Of a stretch of DNA of 61,108 nt, positions 49,712-61,108 are shown one piece after another. The stretch comes from Seison nebaliae (lineage: Eukaryota): contig JALJEE010000204.1 of NCBI GenBank assembly GCA_023231475.1, forward strand, positions 1-61,108, in the 5' to 3' direction. The translations under genes were made by a program, and so were the position numbers. The number at the start of each line of letters is the position of its first letter. The stretch's first letter is position 1. The notes below the pieces were generated by a model that worked only from the letters and a program-made list of their open reading frames with translations, did not search any database and was not told the origin of the DNA.

Positions 49712-50138
49712 ATTTATGTGAAAAACAAAATGAGATTAGAAGGAATAAAATAAAATTGGATGTCGATTGAAGTTCTTTTAAACAATTCAATATGATTCCT
49801 TAAAAATTTTTATTGGAAATTTATAAAAAATAATTAATATAATTAAGAAGAAACATTTTTATTTCTCTCATTAATCACTCTCCAATAAATAATACGAGAT
49901 TGATGATTGAGTGGACAAACATCACTCGATTATTCATCATGAAATTTAGACGAATTAGTTTAATAAAATAAAACTTAAAAATTGAGAAATCTGACGGAAC
50001 GAATATGAGCGAATAGAAAAACATTTGACATTTCTTTCGAAAATGTTGTACAAATGAGAAATGTGTTCGAATAGAATTGAAATGAATTTATCAAAAAAAA
50101 AAAAACTTAAATAATTTATCTGACATTTAATGTTTAAT

Positions 50139-53092
50139 TTAATATTGGAAATCATTCAATATTGTTATTGGTTCATTCCGGCGTTTTTCTGACATTTTTC
50201 TACTTCTAGGATGTTGTTGTTGTTGCTGTGATTCATCTTGTTGTGTAGGCCAAACGAGCGGTTTCTTGTCAGGTATCTTCATTCTCCATTGGACACATGG
50301 TCCATTCAAATCTTTTTTAACAACATATTTCGTTGATGCAACATAAGATGCCTTCACTGTTAGGACGACTGCATTCATTAAATTTTTCGCTGCTTGAATT
50401 AAAGATGTTGCACTATCCAACTAAAAGAAGAAAAATTGATGATGAATGAGAATGAAAATAAAATATTAACGCCTGAAACGATTAATTCACCTGATACATT
50501 CTGAACATCAGCTTTCACTCTCGAACAAATCTTCAACTGTTGACAATAAAGTGCAATACGATCCAAATATGCCAATAGATCTTTTTTCGATGCTGATTCG
50601 GGACAATTCGTTGCTACTTCTTTCGCTAATCGATCCAATTGTGTTCCATAATCTGATATGGTTTTTGCAGCATTGATTACATCCATTGTTGTTCTTAAAG
50701 GTCCTTTCCCTCGAGTAAAATCCGTCATCTCCATCATAATGATACACATCTTTTTTGCCAATGAAATAATATCATTTCCTTTCTCATCCCAACGAAGTAC
50801 TTCCCGTTCGAACTTTCTTCTTTCTTCTCGAAATCCTTTCACTTGTTCTGTAATTTTCTCTCTTTCTGCTGATGGTAAATCAGCCAAAATTTGACGAGTT
50901 GTCTTTCCAGTACCTTCGACAATATCATGTTTCTCTTCTGCTGTCATTTTCGACTTCTTTTCATTCTCATTCTTTTGATTGATGCAATTATTATTGTAAC
51001 TCTGAAGAGAAGTATTCAATTGATCAGTTTCATTATTATCATCATCATCATCATCCTCTTCTTCTTCATTCTCATTCGGATCATCATCTTCTTCATCTTC
51101 TTCAAAAACTGCTTCAGCAGTTGCTAAATCACCATGCTCCAAAGCATCCCATGCTCGTACAGCACGTCTCATATCACGAATATGATCATAAACACTACAA
51201 GCGGAAGCAATAAAATTATTATGGATATGAGGTAAAGGACCGTCTTGTGTCTCATATAATGAACGACAACCTAATTCGACACATTCATCAAATTCTTTAA
51301 TTATATCACCATGTATCAGTTTAACACAACTAACAGTTGTCAATTTATATGTATCTAATTTTGATTGATTATTCAATCGTTTTATATCGACATTATTGAA
51401 GAGAACTTCTTCATTAACGATATTTGCAGAACGTAGAGCACGTCCACGAATTAACATTGCATTTCGACGGATACCTTCAACATTACCTTCTTCTAAACAA
51501 CGAACGATATGATGAACATCCTCCCAAATATGTGATTCGGTAATAGCAAGAAAATCGTGGATATTGACAATTCCATCAATTGCTCGTACGAATGTTTTGT
51601 ACAACGATGACAAATTCGTTCGCCATCCACTAACATTCTCTTGTGCTACTTTCGATTTAGGACGTACGATCAATGTTTGGATTGATGATAACAATTGTTT
51701 AATAGTCATATCGAGACGATGGAATGCCATTTGACATAATCGATTTCCATCACCACGATCATTCACATTACAGGCATTATTTAATATGATGAACATTCTC
51801 TTCAATTGTTCATCTATCATATCCGTTCCGATATTTGATGTTGGAGATTTTAATGCATAATTCACTAATTCATCCACCATTAATAAGAGATCATTCGTCC
51901 CGAATAAATCAGATACCTGATCAGCAATACCTCGACGTAATTCATTATGAAGTGAACTCATGACAGAATGTAATTCTTTCATTTGATTTAATCGTTCATT
52001 CTCATTGACTGACTTCCTTAAAATATCTTGTAACAATTGTCGAAGATAATTCGACTCAGCAACAATCTTGTCACGACGTTCCTCTCTCGTTGAACAATCG
52101 TCGGCAATTGAAGCTATACTACTGATGATTTGTTCACTTTCCATTTCTAATTCTTCACATTTCTCTTTCGTATATTGTTCGGTAGATCTCAATGAACGAA
52201 TCAAATCGATTTGATCCAAATATAATTGACCACAATTATCAGAGAATGTCTGAATTGGCATATAAGTCGAATTGATTTGTGATGAGTTCGTTCCCATAGA
52301 AACTGGCATAGGAATCCGTTGGAAACGTATAGTTCTCTCCATAGCGTCTAATGCACCAAATGTTTCACTTAAAGCAATCTCTCTAACTTTTCTTGCTGAT
52401 GTCAATTCGGGATGACGCAGATAAGCTCGACAAGATGTAAGTAGAGTTGGAGAATTCATTTTCAAATAAGATCTTGATGCTGCTAATTCATCGGATGCTA
52501 ATTCGACTTTCAAGTCAGCTTCCCTCAAATAACATCGATACAATAATCGTTTAAGGAATGATGAATAACAATTATGACTCTGAATCATTTCATCAGCATT
52601 CGAACTCATTTTCATTTGTTCGACATACATTTGACATTCTCTTATCAATTTAAGTATTCGTTGCACATCCAAATCATCAGCTAAACTCAACAATTCTATG
52701 ACATTATTCAACAATACTTGTGCACTGTCAACCATCTCCTGATGTAATTGTTCGATAGTGGGTTGTTCAGCGAATCGCAATGAACGAATTGACATCACTT
52801 CACCATTCTCTTTTAATGTTGTCACTGCTTCGAGAATTATTCCTTTCATCTCCAAATTCTCATCAGCAATCTCTTCTCCTTTCTTTACTAATTCTCCAAT
52901 CGCTTCATTTATGAGGAGGACGAGTTCTTTTGGCTTCTTCGCATCAATCCGATTTCCTTTAGCTAGACCATGTCGAATGAGACTCTCCACCTTCTTTATT
53001 AATGGATTGATAATCTTCTCCACTGTAAATGTTCGTGCATTATATTTCTGTTCAATCTCTTTCGATAGATCGATTCCCACCAACGGATCCAT
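50139..53092 (-). CDS. CTNNA: Alpha-catenin (2 exons)
   Basis: RTFTVEKIINPLI, DFLAITESHIWED, WDEKGNDIISLAKKMCIIMMEMTDFTRGKGPL and DSATSLIQAAKNLMNAVVLTVKASYVASTKY. Confidence 0.95.
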
Positions 53093-54069
53093 TTACTAAT
53101 TGAGAATATTTCTATTAATCTTATATATATTATAAAGAAAGAATTGTTTATAAATAATTAATTTTTCTTGTTTGTTCATCTGTCCATTTTTTTGCGAGGT
53201 TAATTTTTTCCGTTTCTCTTTCCTCTTAAACCACAATCATCACAATCCTCTCCGATGGTATCGGTTAAACTATCACTTCTTCCGACAAACAAAATTCTAA
53301 TTTTTTTCTTTTAATTTATTTTATATCAAATAATACGAATTCTCTCTTTTTCATCGAGTCATATTTTGGAAGGAACTGGCCGATGTATCGTCTCATTTCC
53401 TCTCTTCATTCACACACATCCACACAATAAATTCTCTCTAACACAAACGAATTTGTTTTTGGCTCTCCTTTATTATCGTGCCCTCTTTCTTTCTTTCTCT
53501 CTCTTTCTCTCTCTCTCTTAGAAGTTCAATGATAATTTCCATCAAATTCTCCTCTCGTATTTATTTAGTGCCGATCCGTGGTTTAATACCACCATACGAT
53601 ATGAGTTTATTGAGTAAACAATGAGGAGGGAATGAATCTCTATCTATTTACTCTCGCAATATACAACACAATATATTCTCCCCCAATCAATGAATATTAT
53701 GTTTATTGATAATGTGTGGATAAGAAGAGGAATAATAATAATAATAATAATAAAATATTTCGTTTTATTATACTCCATTAAACAATTTTCATTTTAATGA
53801 TATTTAATCGATATCATTAAAGAGAATTGAAAGAGAAAAAAATAATTGAAGTTATAGAATGAGAAGAATTAAAAGAAAAAAAAAGGAATATCAGTTCTTC
53901 TCACCCATGATCGATTGCGACGAAAGATTTTTGTGAGAATGGAGGTGGCGATGGTAGAAATGATGATTGGGAAAGAATTTCAATTATTATTCTAATAAAA
54001 ATTCTTCTTCCTCATCCAAATATTTTACTACTTCCACCATTTTTTATTTCCTCTCCAACTATTACATGT

Positions 54070-55786
54070 CTATGAACGAGACAGGTTAATGTATTTCATT
54101 AATTTGCTGCCAATTTCATTCTTTTCTTCCAAATTACTTCTTCCATTCATCTCATTCTTCTTCCCACATTTCCCTTTACCACGATTGTCTATTTGACAAT
54201 AAGGAAATTCTTTTGGACAACAAAATTCCATCTTGCCACAACAAATTCCATCCTACGAAAAATAGTTTCATAATTTGATTACTTATAAAATCATTTTAAC
54301 TTCATAAGGACAACAATGATCTCCACATTGTTTCGTTGGATGTTGACAGACGACCGATTTCTTCAACTCATCCACACTCCTCTTTCCTACTAATTCACAA
54401 TCTAATTTATCATTGTTACATCGATAACCGGGTGGACAACAAAATCCTTCTTTTTCGCAACAACTTCCCTAAAATAAAAGTTGGAGATTATTTTCAATAG
54501 AAAATCCATTAACATTTTGAAATGGACAACACTTTGTCACATTTCCTTTCGGATGTTCATAAGAACAAATTGTCTCATTCACTTTGCACATTTTTATGCA
54601 TTCACCTTCATGTTTACCACATTTGTGATCTGAAGGACAACAATTCAATTTATTAGCACAACAAATCGCCTGTTTTAAAATTTTATTAAATTCATAGTAA
54701 AATAAACAATGAAATCTGATAACATTTTCAAGGGGACAACATGAATAGAATCCTCCTTCTGTTAAACAACAAGTATTTTTTGTGCCAGGACATCTGCTCT
54801 TATCAGGACAAACCGTATCGTTATTCTTCTCCAAATACTGAAAAATAAAAAAAATTATTACAACTTTATAAAAGAAAAATTAAATGATTTAATGGATAGG
54901 AATAGATAAATAATTTTATTTGGTGTAATTAATTTTCATGTTATTAATTTAAAAAAGAAAAATTATCAAAGAAAATAATCAGAAAAGAATTAAAATAAAT
55001 ACGAATTTTTTTAGTTAATAAATCTGAAAAATAAATTTTTGTGATTTTGGATGTTCACAAGAAAAATTATCTAAACTTCTTTTGAGCAACACATCCAATG
55101 ATTGGAATCATCACTTTTGCAACACTTTTCATTGACCGAACAAAAACTGATGCCATCCTCACATAAGACTGATGACGTTCTCATCAAATTGTCAAATACT
55201 TTCTTAGCATATTTCTTTGAAGAAGTCGGTGTGGATGAATGTTTCTTATACCATGGAATCGAAACGAATCCTTTATTACAAGTATTATGTCGAACGTCAC
55301 ATTTATATCCATTTGGACAACAATGTTCATGATCTGAACAACATGTAGCAGATGGTAATGGACAACATCCATATTCTCCAGAAGCTAATTGACAACAAGT
55401 TGCTCCATCAGGACATTCTGATCCATCTTTACATTTAATATCATTCTTCTCATTTTTCTCATTTGTTTTGAATGAATAAAATCGGATAATGAATTCATTC
55501 CGTCGACAAAAACCATATTTGACGTCACAATCATAGCCATTGGGACAACAGTGTTCCTTATCGGCACAACATGTCGCATCCTGATATGGACAACAAGCAT
55601 ATGATGAATCGCTCAATTGACAACAAGTTTCTTGTGATGTACATTCTTTCTTATCAGAGCAGATATCATTCCTTACATATCTTGTTAGATAAAATTAGAA
55701 AAAAAAAATAATTTATCAATAACTAACTTGTCTCCATTGACAGTAATGGTGAAAAGAAGAAAGAAAAAAGAGACGAATGAAATCAT
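54070..55786 (-). CDS. GRN: Progranulin-like protein (6 exons)
   Basis: Signal peptide plus repeated granulin motifs (C-C-CC..CCP..ATCCxDxxHCCPxGYxC). Confidence 0.9.
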
Positions 55787-55936
55787 AATCGTTCAAGAAA
55801 TTGAGAATTGTGTTAGATTCAAAATAAGATGAAAATCATAAATAAAGAAAGAAGGTTGTCTAATAAAATTTGTTGATATTTATGAATGAAAGAAAAAGCT
55901 GATTGTTTATTTAATAGACGAAATTGTCATTGAGAA

Positions 55937-55949
55937 GTCACATGACTCA
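55937..55949. promoter_or_regulatory. CLEAR/M-box-like GTCACATGAC overlapping AP-1 TGACTCA, upstream of granulin
   Basis: One mismatch to GTCACGTGAC, about 150 nt upstream of the granulin ATG. Confidence 0.4.
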
Positions 55950-56143
55950 CAAGAAATTAAGACGCTTACTATGTAAATGGAAAATGTTTTGGAAGATCAT
56001 TGATATGAAAAATATTTCTCATTTTACCACAAATCAATTGAGATGAAATTTAAACGTTTGAACAATCTCCTCAATTATGATCCTTAGCGTCATCCTTAAA
56101 TTTTTTATCTTTTTCTAATTGTTGTATCTTGTTGCGATTGGTC

Positions 56144-56725
56144 ATGCTTTCTAACTTCTCTCAACATAATGCATTAACCAAAAACATACGATTCACTTCT
56201 ATTACCGATACTATCACACCCATAAGGACTAGCATTAGTGGAAGAAGGACGGATGATATATTTTTTACGGCCTCTTCAAACGAATTCCCATCGGAACATC
56301 TTTCAAATGAATCATTCCCAAATGGAATTATTTGTGAGAAGCATAGTATCGATAAACCAGAAACAGTGATATGTGAACCGTCGTGTAATTGTGGTAACAT
56401 TCGAGGTCCACATAATCTCGAAAATATTATTACACCCAATTCTCGAGAGAAACATGATACAGATGACGATTGGGAAGAGATTTTAGAAAATTGTAAAGAC
56501 GCTATTCAAATGAAATTTCTTCCGATACAAAATATTCTAACTGGGACGTCATGTGATATCGTTTCTGCTGTCACTACAAATATTCCCAAGTCGGTTACAA
56601 ATGCTCAATATGCCAGTTATAAGGCAGCTATCAAAGCGACAATTCAAATATGTGAACAAGATATAAACTCAAAGATGAAATTGAAGAAACTGAAAGATGA
56701 GAAGTTAAATTTAAATTTCCAGTGA
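56144..56725 (+). CDS. Hypothetical protein
   Basis: About 190-aa ORF in AT-rich DNA with no recognised family. An out-of-frame signal-like segment upstream hints at decay. Confidence 0.4.
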   Translation: MLSNFSQHNALTKNIRFTSITDTITPIRTSISGRRTDDIFFTASSNEFPSEHLSNESFPNGIICEKHSIDKPETVICEPSCNCGNIRGPHNLENIITPNSREKHDTDDDWEEILENCKDAIQMKFLPIQNILTGTSCDIVSAVTTNIPKSVTNAQYASYKAAIKATIQICEQDINSKMKLKKLKDEKLNLNFQ

Positions 56726-57744
56726 CTATTTATTGTGTGAAGTATGCGAGCAATTAATGGAAATGATGAAAAATAAACGGTTAATAAAATTTTTACAACT
56801 TCTTTCCCTATTGGAATCGTTAATAAAATTTATTAAAATTATAACTTTATTGAAAAATATCATTTCCTTAATATGTCACCTTTCACGATTTAGAGTGTCC
56901 ATTATATTTCACCTAAATTCAGTACTATCGTCATTACGTCAGTAACAGTAGTTTAGTTACCTAATACCTAATACCTAACGGTTTCCCAAATGGCCTTACC
57001 ATAAGCGTCTGTTGTTGTTTTTTGTTTAATTTTTTGTAAAATTTTTATGTTAAGCTTATAATGACGTTATAGTGGACAACTGATAAATGGAGACAAATAC
57101 TCATTAATGAATAGTCAAGACGGACTTCCAATACAACGTTTTTCTTTCATCATTTATTAATAAGTCATATTTTTCCCATTAATCCAAAAGAAAATGAATT
57201 GAGATTTATCGAAAAAAATTTAATTATTCCGTTATTTATTAATTTTTACGTTAATTGAAAATAAAATTTCATTTCCTCGATTTTCTAATTTTATTAAGAA
57301 AAAAATACTTTTGATTATAAGTAAGAAGTCTACCCTTCTACTTGCGAAAGAAAGAATTCGTCTAATATCTTTTCATCTGTTCAACTTGTAGAAGAGATAT
57401 ATACATACATAACTATAATAAGTATATGAAAAATGAATAATATTTGTTTAATGATTAATAAATTATGTAATGAAAAGAAATGGAGAAGAAGATTTGAAGA
57501 CGATGAAGTGAGATGAGAGAAATGATATAATAACAGTCATACTGAAGCTAAACATCGAATTTAAGATAAATGGGAAAATTGGATTTTCTTCTATTTTTTA
57601 CTTTCAGTGCAAATTGTCTTATGAATTCCTTTTGTTTTGATTATTCAATTCATTTCTATTTCTGTTAGAGAAAGAGACGTCAAATAAGATTGAGTAGATT
57701 AACAAGTATTTCTCACAAATTTCTTATATATCATTCAGACTGAA

Positions 57745-59837
57745 ATGGATCCTTCGACTTATAAGGTGGAATTGTATATTTATGATTTGAGTCGCGGCAT
57801 GTCTCGTATTGCTAGTCAAGCATTTCTCGGTTATTTCTTCTTTTTTATCTCATTTGTTTCTAATTAAATTTATCAGGTCGATATATCGAAGGTTTCTGGC
57901 ATACGGGTGTTGTCGTTTATGGAAGAGAATATTTTTTTGGATCCAACGGAATAAATTATGTCCCACCAGTTTCCATTTTATCTCATTTTCTTTTCCTCAC
58001 AATTTGTTTAGTGTGGAACGATTTTAGGGACACCTGACAGGAAAATGGATTTGGGAACGACAACGAAGACAAAGAAAGAATTTGAAGCAAAAATTGTCGA
58101 ATGGTCTAAAGACGTTTTCAAGTTCCATTTCTCTTAATGAAATTTAGTGAATTGAACTGAATTGAAGAGGAGAACGTTATCATATTCTGGAACATAATTG
58201 TAACAGTTTCAGTAACACAGTCGCCCAATATCTTTGCTCTGTTACAATTCCCACATATATTACGGATATGCCATCGGAATTCCTCCAAACGTTTCTTTCT
58301 AATTTATTTATTTCATTTTCATTCATTCCATTTGTTAGACCAATGGGGAAACTGTTAGAACCATTGATAAATGATTTTCAAGTAATTGAAGCAAATCGGA
58401 CTCGCCGAAGGTTTCCTCATTCAAATGTTTCGTTTAATTTCCTTTAAATTGGAAGTACCGAACCGAAAGAACCAAATGTGAACAATCATAATTCCAGTTA
58501 TAGAAGTTTCTTGAGAAATGAGCCAAGAGAGAAATATGATCCCAAAAGATCGACAATCGGAATTCGTATTGGAATATCAGAAGATCGAAAATCGATTCTT
58601 GGGATTTATGATTCAGTAATCACATTTCTTGAACAGTCCATATCGACGAAACAATTAGCGGAAAAGAAGGAACAAAATGATAAATTACATGTTATTTCTG
58701 ATTCATTATTCAATTTCATCATTGTTCTTCAGATGTTTCTTGTCGAATGGCGTCGACAATGTCTGGATCAGTTATCATCTTATCAAATCGAACGATCTAC
58801 GTCATTAGACAACATTGAATCTATTGGTTAGATTTATAAGAGTAGAAATTATCCATTATTCTCTCTTCTCTCTCAGTTGAAGTGATGCCACATGCCATAC
58901 CAATGTTATGTGTATCCTCATTAAAAATTGATCAGACACAAATGGAATTGTTCAAACATGAACCAATTGTCGATATGATTTTTGGAGAATTGTGTGAATA
59001 TCTCAAATCTGCCTCTCAACAACAAGATTATCGACGAATGAAATTAATTTTAACAATCTTCATCAATTGGACATACTCCACAGATGGTAATCGAAGTTCC
59101 GATTTTATGTAAATACAAATGAATTTTTTCCATCTATAGATTCCAATTCATTCCAATTGAAGCAAACTCCACAACGTGCATTGGAAATACTACCGTTGAT
59201 TTTGGTTGTTCTCCAATCATTCAAAAAAGAACAATTGAAAGATCGCAGTGTTCGCGACGTTATCATTCTAGGGATGACATTTCTCTATAATGCTACCAAC
59301 ATCATTGTTATGTATCGGTTAGTGTTAATAGATAGAAGAATTATTGAGAGAAATGAACATTCCATTTAAAATAGAGAAGATCTTCAAACATCCATTATGT
59401 ATATGGAAGGTGCATCAATCGGATATTTTTTCATGAATTTCATTTACGAACGTGAATTGGAAGAATTACGTGCATTTCTTGCTCCTTATTCTTCTTTTTT
59501 TAGTCATAAAAATCTCGTGAATTCTCTACTCAAATTAATTTACAATTATCGAGAAGTTCTCAACCATTTCTATTCATCCATATCAATCTTTTCTCTTCAT
59601 TTGTAGCTGGTGGAGTTTATGACTCAAATATCTTTTATTTCAAAACTTAATGGATGGCCGAGCGACTGTCTCACTTATATTTCGATGTTAAAACTTCATG
59701 AAAAGAAATTCACCCATTTCCATAACAAATCCAATTCTACAACTACGAACGATAATTCCACTACCACCACTACTACTACCACAACCATCACATCAACTGA
59801 AAATGGAAATACAACAACAAACACCACGGAGACATAA
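57745..59837 (+). CDS. DESI1: DESI1/PPPDE desumoylating isopeptidase with a long C-terminal extension (10 exons)
   Basis: VELYIYDLSRG, EGFWHTGVVVYGREYFFG (catalytic His), GTPD..LG.T and YHILEHNCNSFS (catalytic Cys). Downstream ORFs join in frame to TAA 59835-59837. Confidence 0.85.
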
Positions 59838-61003
59838 GAACTTGAAAGTTCCTTCGAAAACTTAATTCATTCTTACTAAAACAACTTATCGACATTTGTG
59901 TAACAGAAATCCGACACATCAATCTACATTTCCATTATATAGTTTCTTTTACATTATTTCTTATGGTTCCTAACTTTGTTAACCAGAAGTATATTAAGTG
60001 AAATTACTACATGCTACTAAATTCTATTTTTAATAAAACATTTCTTTCTCACATTGTCAGTCTATCTCGTTTTAAGTTGGAGTTGTTGCTTCGGAATAAA
60101 GTCACAAAATTTATTTTTAATTTACTTTCTTTTTTTTTTAATTTCATAAACATTATAGACTATAATTTAATATAATAATTTACTATAATAATAATTTATA
60201 GTTCGTAAGTCAAATTTAACATATGAATTGAATTTGTTCTTTTTATTTAATATAATTTAAGATTTAATATTAAAAAAAATTAAGTACTTTTTAGAGTCAA
60301 TTAATGTTATTATATTCTTTGTAGTTTACAAGAATGATTGACTGATCATTTGCAAAATGGAACTGAAATTTATTGAGAATATAATTATCTCATTAATCAT
60401 GAATATCATTATCTGAAATCATCTGACTGACAAGGGAACCTCAACTACCTCGGACTCGAAATCGGACCTGAAACTTCGCATAGTGATAGAACATTATTTA
60501 TCACCGACGAAAATGATTTTTGCTAAGATGCATAGCCAAAATATAATGCGCACATTAATTTTTAAAAAAAGTATACAGTAGAAAAGCTATTGTACAATGT
60601 CTCGGATAAAAATCCGTCTTTTAACAAAGTATAATATCGAAGTTAAAATGTGGAGCATCAATCGAATAATAGGAACAGAAAAATTTAACACTGAATGAAA
60701 GATGGAGCTGATAAATCAGATTCATCGATTGTTTGTGCAACTAAATTTGAAGGATTTAAAGAATTTATTATTAATTAGTTTATATAATATATTAAAAATA
60801 AGTTAAGTTTCATTAAACTAAACTACAAATTTTACTTTCATTCTTTCTAAAAAGAGCCTTCGTCATTTCGACACTGAATGTTTGTACAGATAACTCTGCT
60901 TTGTGTACATGTGTACACATGATAAATTTCTGCTTCGTCATTTTTATTTTTCTACTATAAATTCTAGAAAATTATTCCTCCTAAATTCACAAAAGAAAAC
61001 AAA

Positions 61004-61108
61004 ATGAAGTTGTACTATTTCGATTTTCCCGGAAAAGCTGAACTGATCAGATACATTTTATATTACAACAATGTCGAATTCGAAGATGTTCGTTTCTCTC
61101 GAGAGGAT
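61004..61108 (+). CDS. Glutathione S-transferase (sigma-like), N-terminus only; truncated by the window edge
   Basis: MKLYYFDFPGKAELIRYILYYNNVEFEDVRFSRED. Confidence 0.88.
   Translation, partial: MKLYYFDFPGKAELIRYILYYNNVEFEDVRFSRED

Noticed and set aside
49280..49753. 157-aa plus-strand His/Phe-rich ORF
   Set aside because: Antisense to the spliced FAM183-like gene; its composition reflects the reverse complement.
60440..60470. let-7-like seed (GAGGTAG on the minus strand; also TGAGGCAGTAG at ~4837)
   Set aside because: No complementary arm or hairpin, and no match beyond the seed.
60680..60740. MKDGADKSD resembling the piggyBac GGVDxxD motif
   Set aside because: Very short and out of frame with its flanks; no TTAA-bounded terminal repeats seen.

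Overview
AT-rich, very gene-dense eukaryotic window from an invertebrate animal. Alpha-catenin, a neuropeptide-type GPCR and progranulin support this; a compact rotifer/syndermatan-like genome is only a guess. About 30 protein-coding genes can be rebuilt by hand, most split by ~38-60 nt introns: GPCR, SLC25A11, Maf, SCO1, epsilon-tubulin, LITAF, CASP, SQOR, MORN5, a group III PLA2-like gene, an AKAP14-domain gene, RAD1, eIF5A, REP/CHM, ATPAF2, an EGF-repeat gene, CWF19L1, SLC33A1, FAM183, alpha-catenin, granulin, DESI1-like and GST. There is also a LINE ORF1 at the left edge and two decayed LINE RT/3' fragments. The strongest unexplained signal is the splice code. About 64 of 69 manually reconstructed introns begin GTT (U at +3, mostly no G at +5) and none begins GTAAG or GTGAG. 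In at least two genes an adjacent canonical-looking donor has to be skipped to keep conserved protein motifs. Several co-oriented genes lie only 45-109 nt apart with an unpaired AG just before the ATG, which suggests operons resolved by SL trans-splicing. All intron calls are manual, based on frame and remembered homology, and are not confirmed by transcripts.
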